Positions 56,698-64,000 of a DNA stretch of 64,000 nt are shown one piece after another (within the stretch, counting starts at the first letter, position 1; the number at the start of each line of letters is the position of its first letter). Below the pieces are notes generated by a model that worked only from the letters and a program-made list of their open reading frames with translations, searched no databases and was not told the origin of the DNA. Location of the stretch: assembly GCA_036396655.1 (NCBI GenBank), contig DASWKK010000098.1:14592-78591 (forward strand), given 5' to 3'. The position numbers were made by a program, and so were the translations under genes. Source of the stretch: Acidimicrobiia bacterium. Lineage in GTDB: Bacteria; Actinomycetota; Acidimicrobiia; Spongiisociales; ZC4RG35.

Positions 56698-59181
56698 TCA
56701 CTCGTCCCCTTCGGGCTCTGGCTTGATCACCGGCTGCATCTCGGTGGTGGTTGGGAACGACCGGTGCCAACCGGAGCCCTCCACCACCCTCCTGGTGAGT
56801 CGACGCCATGCCTCCGGCTCTGTCGGAGGATGCTCGCGGAGAAGCTCCGGGACCACTTTGGCCCATCCCACCGCCCGAAGGGCAAAGATCATCACCGTGC
56901 CGGTGACCGCCACGATCCCCACCGCAGCGAGCAGGACTACGGTCCTGGGCAAGTCGAGTGCGAAGAAGTCCCGCAGTGGCGGGCTCGCCATCACCACCAC
57001 CAAGCTCCCGGCCATAGTGGCGATCAGGCCCTTCTTCCATGGGACCAGTGGCCGACTGACGATGCCCAGGGCGAAGAGCCCGATAGCGGCGAGGATGAGG
57101 GTTGCGGTAGTGCGGGACTCGCCGATCGATGATCTTTCGAGGTCGGCAAGCCAATACCCGGCAAAGGTTGCAAACGTTGCCACCAACCCGGTCGGTGCTG
57201 CGAATTTGAGAACCCGAAGCACGAACCCCGATCTGGTCCGGCGGCGGGAAGGGGCAAGGGCGAGGAAGAAAGCCGGGATGCCAATGGTGAGACTCCCGAC
57301 CAGGGTCAGATGGCGGGGGAGGAACGGAAACGGCAGGGTGGAGCCGACGATTGCCAAGGAGAGGCCAAGGGCATAGACAGTGCTGGTGATGAAGAGGTTG
57401 GCAACCCTTTCGATGTTTGAGGTGACCCTTCGCCCCTCCCCGACGATTCCGGGGAGGCTGGCGAAACGACCGTCGATGAGAACCAGCTGGGCCACGGCGC
57501 GCGACGCTGGCGCCCCACCACCGATGGCGATCCCGATGTCCGAGACCTTGAGGGCGAGGACGTCGTTTACACCGTCCCCGGTCATCGCCACGACGTGACC
57601 TCTGGCCTGCATGGCGCGCACCATGGCACTCTTCTGGTGGGGCGCCACCCGGCCGAATACGTTGCTTCGCTCCATGATCGCGGCCAGTTGGTCGAGGTTC
57701 TTGGGGAGGCGACGCGCATCCACGACCTCGTCGGCCCCATCGACGCCCACCTCTCTGGCCACCGCCCCGACTGTCTCTGGGTGGTCTCCCGAGATCACCT
57801 TGACCCGGATCCCTTGGTCGGCGAAGTAGCGGAGCGTCTCGGCAGCATCGGACCGCACCTGGTCGGAGAGAACCAGGATGGCCACCGGCGCCAGATCTGG
57901 CGGGAGTTGCCCGTCGCTCAGCGGTGTCTCGCCCCTGCCCAGCAGGAGGACCCGATTGCCACCTGCGGAGACGCCGGAGGCGACGTCCATGGCTCTTCCG
58001 TCCCTGGGGGCGACGATGTCTGGGGCCCCGATGACCCAGGTGCCGTCACCGAAGAAGGTGACTCCGCTCCATTTGCGCGCCGATGAGAAGGGGACCGCAG
58101 TTTGCACACCCCAACCGGGGCTCTCGGGGAAAGCAGAGGCGATCGCAGTCAAAGTGGCGTTCGGATGCGGCTCGGCTGCGGCGATGGCCGCCAACGCCGG
58201 GAGCGGGTCCTGCTCGGTGAGGAGAATCACCTCTTCGACCGTGAGCCGTCCTTCGGTCAAGGTCCCGGTCTTGTCGAAGCAAACGGTGTCGACCCGGGCC
58301 AGCCCTTCGATCGCAGGAAGCTCCTGGACCAGGACGTTGCGTTTTCCCAACCTGATCACCCCAACCGCGAAGGCAATCGAAGCGAGCAAGACCAGGCCCT
58401 GGGGGATCATTGCCACCCCGGCCGCCACCGCACCACCGAGACCTTCGAGGAAGGTGCCCCCACCCCGGATGGAGCTCCACACCAGAAGGGCGCCCATCGG
58501 CACCACAGCCCAGCTGACCACCCCGAGGATCCAGTCGATGCCCTCGCGGAGCTCGGATCGCACCAGAGTGAATCGTTTGGCGGCGTGAGCGAGCCGGGCG
58601 GCATACGAGTCGTTGCCCACCCGGGTGGCCCGGTAGCGCCCGGAGCCGGCAGCCACGAAGCTTCCCGACAGACAGTGGTCATCCGCACTCTTGAGCACCG
58701 GATCCGCCTCTCCGGTGAGCAGCGACTCGTCGATCTCCAATCCGCGAGAGGTGACCACCACGCCGTCAACAGCGAGTTGATCGCCCGACCGGAGCTCGAT
58801 CAGATCGTCGACGACGATCTGATCGACCTGCTGTTCGGAGACTGTCCCCGATCGCATCACCCGCACCCGGGGCGAATTGAGGAGCTCCAGCCGATCCAAG
58901 GTCCGCTTCGCCCGCAGTTCCTGGATCGTCCCGATGGCGGAGTTGGTCAGAAGGACGATCCCGAAAAGAGCGTCCCGGGGCTCACGCAAGACGAGGAGAA
59001 CGACGATGACCAGCGCACCGAGAAGGATGTTGAATCGAGTGACGACGTTGGCACGGATGATCTCTCCCGTGGTCCTGCTCGGGCTCTCGGCCACCTCGTT
59101 GACCAACCCGGCCGCGATCCTCTGGCGAACCTCGGCGGGGGTGAGTCCTTCTTCGGGAGTGGCTAGCTCGGTGATCGTCAT
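56698..59181 (-). CDS. cation-transporting P-type ATPase
   Basis: CFDKTGTLTEG phosphorylation site, TGEADPV, and the MTGDGVNDVLALK hinge. Confidence 0.9.
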   Translation of the reverse strand: MTITELATPEEGLTPAEVRQRIAAGLVNEVAESPSRTTGEIIRANVVTRFNILLGALVIVVLLVLREPRDALFGIVLLTNSAIGTIQELRAKRTLDRLELLNSPRVRVMRSGTVSEQQVDQIVVDDLIELRSGDQLAVDGVVVTSRGLEIDESLLTGEADPVLKSADDHCLSGSFVAAGSGRYRATRVGNDSYAARLAHAAKRFTLVRSELREGIDWILGVVSWAVVPMGALLVWSSIRGGGTFLEGLGGAVAAGVAMIPQGLVLLASIAFAVGVIRLGKRNVLVQELPAIEGLARVDTVCFDKTGTLTEGRLTVEEVILLTEQDPLPALAAIAAAEPHPNATLTAIASAFPESPGWGVQTAVPFSSARKWSGVTFFGDGTWVIGAPDIVAPRDGRAMDVASGVSAGGNRVLLLGRGETPLSDGQLPPDLAPVAILVLSDQVRSDAAETLRYFADQGIRVKVISGDHPETVGAVAREVGVDGADEVVDARRLPKNLDQLAAIMERSNVFGRVAPHQKSAMVRAMQARGHVVAMTGDGVNDVLALKVSDIGIAIGGGAPASRAVAQLVLIDGRFASLPGIVGEGRRVTSNIERVANLFITSTVYALGLSLAIVGSTLPFPFLPRHLTLVGSLTIGIPAFFLALAPSRRRTRSGFVLRVLKFAAPTGLVATFATFAGYWLADLERSSIGESRTTATLILAAIGLFALGIVSRPLVPWKKGLIATMAGSLVVVMASPPLRDFFALDLPRTVVLLAAVGIVAVTGTVMIFALRAVGWAKVVPELLREHPPTEPEAWRRLTRRVVEGSGWHRSFPTTTEMQPVIKPEPEGDE

Positions 59182-59277
59182 CCCGATTCAGCTTACGGTC
59201 GCGGCGGCGATGAGAGACGGTGGGGTCCCAGCCGATAGATACGACGTGGGCCCGATGCCGTCCGGTAGCTTTAGCCG

Positions 59278-59430
59278 GTGAATTCTGAGCCCATAGTCCC
59301 GGTCCCGCCCCCACCCCCCGAACGGAACCGAGTCCTCCGGGGCTGTCTCATCGCCCTCGCCATCATCGGAGGTCTGGTGATCCTCGTCGGCGGCATTTGT
59401 GTCTTCCTCGTGATCAACTCGGGCCTGTGA
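59278..59430 (+). CDS. 50-codon ORF: Pro-rich N-terminus plus one TM helix
   Basis: VNSEPIVPVPPPPPERNRVLRGCLIALAIIGGLVILVGGICVFLVINSGL. GC3 is very high. Its TGA overlaps the GTG of the next gene (GTGA at 59427-59430). Below the ORF-track cut-off. No obvious SD. Confidence 0.4.
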   Translation: MNSEPIVPVPPPPPERNRVLRGCLIALAIIGGLVILVGGICVFLVINSGL

Positions 59431-60242
59431 TCCCGCTCCTGTTCCATCTCGGCCCCTTTGCGGTGGCCACCCACGACTTCTTTGTGGTCCTCGGTGTGGC
59501 CACCGCGATATTGGTGCTCTGGCTCAGGGCCAGGGGGCGGCCCCGCGACCCCGATATGCCGGCTCTGGTCGGCGGGGGTCTGCTCGCCGGAGCCGTCTTC
59601 GCCAAACTGGGCACGGGCTGGCAGTACTTCGCCCTCGCCGACGATCCCAACCTGTTCGGGCTGTGGCTGTACGGGGGCCAAAGCGTTCTCGGAGGTCTCG
59701 CCGGGGCCTATCTCGGCGTGGTCCTGACCAAGCGGCTCATCGGGTATCAGGGCTCCACCGGATACCGGTTTGCCCCGGCCGTGGCGGCAGGGCTGGCCGT
59801 CGGGCGGGTGGGGTGCTTTCTCACCGAGCAGATCGGGTCCTCGACCACGATGCCCTGGGGCATCACCGTGTCCGCGGAGACAGCAGCCGGGATGGCCTAC
59901 TGCCCGAGTTGCGCTGCTGGGCTCCCGATGCATCCTTCGTTCCTCTACGAGATCATCTTCCACGTCGCCGCATTCGTGGTGCTCACACGCCGCGCGGACC
60001 GCTTCGGTGAGCCGGGAGATGGTTTCAAGCTCTACCTGTTGGGTTATGCGCTGTTTCGATTCGGCGTCGAGTTCGTGCGGGACAATCCGGAGATGGCACT
60101 CGGGTTGACCGGATCGCAGGTCTTCCTGTTGGCCACGGTTCCCGTCGGGCTGATCTACTACCTGCGGCGAAGAGCGGATGGTGGCCGGTACCCGAGCACT
60201 AGGCCCCTAAAGGTTCCCGTTCTGGTAGAGCAAGAGAGATGA
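59427..60242 (+). CDS. lgt: Lgt-family (prolipoprotein diacylglyceryl transferase-like) membrane protein, divergent
   Basis: LGPFAVATHDFFVVLG, GGQSVLGGLAG, GRVGCFLTEQ, HPSFLYE and LGYALFRFGVEFVR follow the Lgt block order. TTG 59397 is the alternative start. Confidence 0.8.
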   Translation: MIPLLFHLGPFAVATHDFFVVLGVATAILVLWLRARGRPRDPDMPALVGGGLLAGAVFAKLGTGWQYFALADDPNLFGLWLYGGQSVLGGLAGAYLGVVLTKRLIGYQGSTGYRFAPAVAAGLAVGRVGCFLTEQIGSSTTMPWGITVSAETAAGMAYCPSCAAGLPMHPSFLYEIIFHVAAFVVLTRRADRFGEPGDGFKLYLLGYALFRFGVEFVRDNPEMALGLTGSQVFLLATVPVGLIYYLRRRADGGRYPSTRPLKVPVLVEQER

Positions 60243-61807
60243 CCGGCGGCATGCCCGTCAGGGAAGACCGCATCCTCCGCTATGTCAACGCGTTCTGCCC
60301 GCATTGCCATGAGGAGGAGCCACAGCGCTCGCTTCACGAGGTACAACGTCTCAGCGGCTATCTATCCGAAGCGGAGGGGCAGGTGTGGCTGGTCCGGGGC
60401 TGTCCCCGACACGGCAAGGTGGTGACCCATTATGACGAAGACCCCGAGATCCTTCAGTATCTCGAGCAGTGGACCGCGCCGACCAAGGTCCACGTTCCCG
60501 ACACGCCGGGCAACTACGCCCCGGTGCCGTCGGCCTACCTGGGTGGCTTGGGAGAGATGCAGACCCAGCACACCTGCATCCTGCTCGAGGACATCAACGA
60601 GAGCTGCAACCTCAATTGTCCGACGTGTTATGCCGGCTCCAGCCCGCAGTTGAGTGGTGTGGCCACCGTCGAGGAGATCACGGCCAACATCGACCAGAGG
60701 CTAGCCAGAGAGGGAGGACGTATCGATGTGCTCATGCTCAGCGGTGGGGAGCCGACCATCCATCCCGACTTCGCGACCATCCTCCAAGCCGCTCTCGAGC
60801 GCGACGTGGTTCGCATCCTGGTCAACACCAACGGAGTCACTCTGTCTCGTGACGACGAGCTCTTGGATCTGTTTCGCTCGCATCGGGACCGGGTCGAGAT
60901 CTACCTCCAGTTCGACGGGTTTCGCAAGGAGACCTATCTCCACCACCGCGCCGCCGACCTGCGCACCATCAAAGAACGGGCGCTCCACCGGCTCAGTGAC
61001 GCCGGTGTCTTCACCACGTTGACCATGACCGCCGCTCTCGGGGTGAACGACGACGAGATTGGGCAGGTGGTGCTCACGGCATTGGAGACTCCCTACGTGG
61101 GAGGCGTCTCCATCCAGCCTCAGTTCGGTTCTGGTAGGTCGGGACCGATCAACCCACTCGAACGGCTCACCCATACCGGAGTGCTCAAACGTCTCGGGCC
61201 ACAGACTGGTGGCGTGGTCGACTGGATGGACTTGACCGCACTCCCGTGCTCTCACCCTCATTGCGCCAGCGTCGGGTACATGATCCGATCCGACAATGGG
61301 GAGTGGAGATCGCTGGCCAGGGTGATCGGGCACGATCGACTGAAACAGCATCTCGGCCTGATCAGCAATCGGATCAACGACACCGAGCTCACGACGGAGC
61401 TCCAGGAGCTGGTCAAGGCCTCATTGCTCGGTCTGCTCAGCGAACAGACCTCGCTCAGCCGCCCCACGGTCCTCGACCTGTTTCGCGACGTGTGCGAAGC
61501 CTGCGACCTCGGGTTGAGCACGCTGCTCAAAATGGCCTCCGGATCCAAGCGGCGGCACGCAATGATGCGGGAGATGGTGGGGACGCGGATCAAACGAATC
61601 ACGGTCAAGCCGTTCATGGACATGAACACCATGCTCGAGGAGCGGCTGTTGCAATGTTGTGTCCATGTCGGGACCAGGTCGGTCGACCAGGACCAGTGCG
61701 CTCCGTTCTGTGCGGTGCAGGCGTGGCGGCCACTGGGCGAGATGAAGATCGCCGAAGCGACCCGCAGAACCGGGAACCGCTCCATCCCGCTGGTGATCGC
61801 ACCATGA
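60239..61807 (+). CDS. radical SAM enzyme with N-terminal CxxC...CxxH ribbon and Cys-rich C-terminal domain (Tes/GDGT-MAS-like layout)
   Basis: ATGA overlap with lgt. CPHC...CPRHG. The radical SAM triad CNLNCPTC. GGEPT. YLQFDG. Further Cys groups PCSHPHC, CEAC and QCCVHVG...QCAPFC. Confidence 0.9.
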   Translation: MTGGMPVREDRILRYVNAFCPHCHEEEPQRSLHEVQRLSGYLSEAEGQVWLVRGCPRHGKVVTHYDEDPEILQYLEQWTAPTKVHVPDTPGNYAPVPSAYLGGLGEMQTQHTCILLEDINESCNLNCPTCYAGSSPQLSGVATVEEITANIDQRLAREGGRIDVLMLSGGEPTIHPDFATILQAALERDVVRILVNTNGVTLSRDDELLDLFRSHRDRVEIYLQFDGFRKETYLHHRAADLRTIKERALHRLSDAGVFTTLTMTAALGVNDDEIGQVVLTALETPYVGGVSIQPQFGSGRSGPINPLERLTHTGVLKRLGPQTGGVVDWMDLTALPCSHPHCASVGYMIRSDNGEWRSLARVIGHDRLKQHLGLISNRINDTELTTELQELVKASLLGLLSEQTSLSRPTVLDLFRDVCEACDLGLSTLLKMASGSKRRHAMMREMVGTRIKRITVKPFMDMNTMLEERLLQCCVHVGTRSVDQDQCAPFCAVQAWRPLGEMKIAEATRRTGNRSIPLVIAP

Positions 61808-62109
61808 GCGGGAGAACATCGCCCCCATCGGCGTTCGATCCGGTGACACCTCCCAGACCGGAATTGTTCGACCCGTTCCGGCTCTGTGTGTACACCACCG
61901 TGGCGGTGCTCGCCTGGTTGCTTACCCCGGCCGCCGTCGTAGCCCTGTTCAGTGGGGTGGCGCTGGTGGCCTACCTCCGTGCCCGGCGAGCCGGCCTGGT
62001 CAAGTCGAAGTGCAAGCTCGGGGACACCCGGCTGGTGATGGCATATCTGACGGTGGCGTTCTTGGCTGGCGTCTACTTCTCGGTGCAGCGGCTGACCACG
62101 ATGTTTTGA
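61804..62109 (+). CDS. small polytopic membrane protein (101 aa)
   Basis: ATGA overlap with the radical SAM gene. Two or three TM helices (VYTTVAVLAWLLTPAAVVALFSGVALVAYL, LVMAYLTVAFLAGVYF). Confidence 0.6.
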   Translation: MSGRTSPPSAFDPVTPPRPELFDPFRLCVYTTVAVLAWLLTPAAVVALFSGVALVAYLRARRAGLVKSKCKLGDTRLVMAYLTVAFLAGVYFSVQRLTTMF

Positions 62110-62145
62110 TGCTCGGCGGCGATTGGGATTGGCTCGTCGCCTCCG

Positions 62146-62151
62146 TATATT
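62146..62151 (+). promoter_or_regulatory. -10-like TATATT, 9 nt before ATG 62161
   Basis: A rare AT-rich hexamer in the 51-nt gap. Confidence 0.2.
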
Positions 62152-62160
62152 TCGCTCGCG

Positions 62161-64000
62161 ATGCAGACAATTCTGTTCACCGACATCGAGTCGAGCACCC
62201 GTTTGTGGGAGGAGCAACCCGGAGAGATGACGGTGGCGCTGGCTCGACACGATTCCATCCTCACCGAAGCGGTGGAACACGGCCACGGCCAGGTGGTCAA
62301 GACCACCGGCGACGGCATGATCGCGGTATTCGACTCGGTGGCCGACGCGATCGTCACCGCGATTCGCGCCCAGAAGGCCCTCCACGCCCAAGAATGGGGG
62401 CCGACCGGCTCGCTTCGGGTCCGCATGGGAGTCCACAGCGGGGACACCGAGAGCCGCGATGGTGATTACTTCGGGCCGGCGATGAACCGCACCGCCCGGA
62501 TCATGGCGGCTGGCCACGGGGGCCAGGTGCTCCTGTCTGGAACCGCCGCTCGTCTCGCCGAGGTCAGCCTGCCAAAAGGCACCGTCCTGCGGGACCTGGG
62601 GACCCATCGGCTCAAAGATCTGACGCTGCCCGAGCATCTCTATCAATTGGTCCATGATGATCTTGAATCCGACTTCCCGGCACCGGGCACTCTCGATGCC
62701 AGACCGCACAACCTCCCCCTGCAGACCACCGAGTTCCTCGGGCGGAGCAACGAGATGGCATCTATCCGGGTCATGCTGGAATCTCCGAGCACCCGACTGT
62801 TGACGATCGCCGGGCCTGGTGGAGCCGGCAAGACACGTCTCGGTCTCCAGGTGGCCGCCGAGCAGATCGATCGTTTCCCCGATGGAGTGTTCTTTGTCGA
62901 CCTATCGGCGGAGCGTGATCCCGACGCCGCCTTCGAGACGATCGTCCGCACCCTCCACCTCCCCATGTCGGGAGGCGGTGAACCGCTGGGAATGCTCAAG
63001 ACCAGATTGCGGGACCTCCAAATGCTGCTCCTGCTGGACAATCTCGAACAGGTGACCGCCGCGGCGGTCGGTCTCTCAGAACTTCTTCAGAGCGCACCAG
63101 GGCTGAAGATCATGGTCACCAGTCGAGAGACATTGCGGGTCCGTGCCGAACACGTCTTCCCGGTTCCCCCTCTCTCGCTTCCCCACCCCAAGGATGATGC
63201 AGCTTCGGTGGCAGAGTCGGAGTCGGTGCAGCTGTTCACAGAGCGCGCCCGAGTTGTCCGACCCGGGTTCGCCATCACCGAAGAGAACGCCGCCGTGATC
63301 GCCGAAATCTGCCTTCGTCTCGATGGGCTCCCCCTTGCCATCGAGCTGGCCGCGGCTCGGCTCAAGGTGTTCACGCCATCCGATCTCCTGGACCGGCTCC
63401 GGGAGAGGCTCGACGTCCTCGGAGCGGGCGGCCGGGACCTGCCCGACAGGCAACGCACCCTGTGGGGGGCGATCGGATGGAGCTTTGAGCTGCTCGATCG
63501 GGACGAGCGCGAGATTTTCGAGCTGATGTCCGTGTTCTCCTCGGCCGACCTGCCGGCCATTGAGGCGGTATCGGCCTCGGCGCTCGATGTCGCCGACGTA
63601 GTGGACGCCCTCTCCTCTCTGGTGGACAAGAGCCTGATCAGAAGTGATGACCGCGGCCCCTCCCAACGCTTCTCGATGCTTTTGATGATCAAGGAGTACG
63701 CCGAGACACGGCTCGCCGAGTCCTCACAACGCGATCTGGCTGTCCGACGAGCCCACGCTCTTCACTTCTCGGGCTTCGCCCAACGTCTGCAAGAGCGGCT
63801 GCGTGGCGTCGACCACGATGCTGCTCTCGACGAATTGGCGTCGGAGATCGGCAACCTGAGGACCGCCTGGCGCTTCTGGGTCGATCAGGGTGACCTGGAG
63901 CAGCTGTTCCAGCTCATCGACGGTCTCTGGGCGTTGCACGAGGCCAGAGGCTGGTATCACGCTGCAATCGAGCTCGCCACTGACACTCTCGCAGTCCTGG
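62161..64000 (+). CDS. class III adenylate/guanylate cyclase domain fused to an NB-ARC-type ATPase and helical/TPR region (partial; continues past the window)
   Basis: My own translation gives no stop from ATG 62161 to the window end. ILFTDIESSTRLWEE...VVKTTGDGMIAVF...VRMGVHSGD...DYFGPAMNRTARIM cyclase blocks. Walker A IAGPGGAGKTRLG. LLLLDNLEQV. Not in the ORF track because it is open-ended. Confidence 0.85.
   Translation, partial: MQTILFTDIESSTRLWEEQPGEMTVALARHDSILTEAVEHGHGQVVKTTGDGMIAVFDSVADAIVTAIRAQKALHAQEWGPTGSLRVRMGVHSGDTESRDGDYFGPAMNRTARIMAAGHGGQVLLSGTAARLAEVSLPKGTVLRDLGTHRLKDLTLPEHLYQLVHDDLESDFPAPGTLDARPHNLPLQTTEFLGRSNEMASIRVMLESPSTRLLTIAGPGGAGKTRLGLQVAAEQIDRFPDGVFFVDLSAERDPDAAFETIVRTLHLPMSGGGEPLGMLKTRLRDLQMLLLLDNLEQVTAAAVGLSELLQSAPGLKIMVTSRETLRVRAEHVFPVPPLSLPHPKDDAASVAESESVQLFTERARVVRPGFAITEENAAVIAEICLRLDGLPLAIELAAARLKVFTPSDLLDRLRERLDVLGAGGRDLPDRQRTLWGAIGWSFELLDRDEREIFELMSVFSSADLPAIEAVSASALDVADVVDALSSLVDKSLIRSDDRGPSQRFSMLLMIKEYAETRLAESSQRDLAVRRAHALHFSGFAQRLQERLRGVDHDAALDELASEIGNLRTAWRFWVDQGDLEQLFQLIDGLWALHEARGWYHAAIELATDTLAVL

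Noticed and set aside
59182-59277. Mg (M-box) or Mn (yybP-ykoY) riboswitch in front of the P-type ATPase
   Set aside because: The leader is only about 95 nt, and none of the conserved cores of those riboswitches is visible.
61258-62709. 483-aa minus-strand ORF spanning the radical SAM, small membrane and cyclase genes
   Set aside because: It overlaps three plus-strand genes that have clear family motifs and coupled start/stop overlaps. It has typical GC-shadow composition. The same reasoning applies to 9552-10445, 45852-47270, 47346-48188, 49359-50399, 54058-54927, 58102-59166 and 63076-63692.

Overview
High-GC, gene-dense chromosomal segment. The gene content suggests an actinobacterium (inference): a SARP/BTAD-STAND regulator, a cyclase-ATPase-TPR protein, a stand-alone LigD-type primase-polymerase next to an ATP-dependent ligase, a 1585-aa NAD-glutamate dehydrogenase, a MoxR/DUF58/DUF4350/DUF4129 cluster, many ATGA/GTGA gene overlaps and leaderless-type starts. 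I call about 60 protein genes. I found no rRNA, tRNA, CRISPR array, transposase or integrase. Most genes are ordinary metabolism, repair and envelope functions (lon, rmuC, lhgO, queG, solA-like oxidase, PFK, P-type ATPase, histidine kinase, methyltransferases, TetR and XRE regulators). Five things deserve a second look. (1) A translationally coupled four-gene module at 59278-62109: a 50-codon TM ORF, a divergent Lgt-family protein, a radical SAM enzyme whose cysteine layout recalls archaeal tetraether synthase (Tes/GDGT-MAS), and a small polytopic membrane protein. It is followed by a cyclase-STAND gene that runs off the window and is absent from the ORF track. (2) A roughly 166-180 nt hairpin-forming element present twice in opposite orientation (14242-14422 and 39927-40108). 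Each copy lies directly 5' of a DNA-related gene, and some differences between the copies preserve pairing. (3) A 564-nt non-coding stretch between the SARP-STAND gene and a UvrD/HRDC helicase. It holds an SD-preceded 30-codon signal-peptide-like ORF and two perfect hairpins. (4) A 12-nt motif (CAGCGAACGAAG) shared by two unrelated upstream regions, tandemly duplicated in front of the primase-polymerase/ligase pair. (5) A frameshifted META-domain gene. All functional calls rest on motif recognition from memory and need profile searches.
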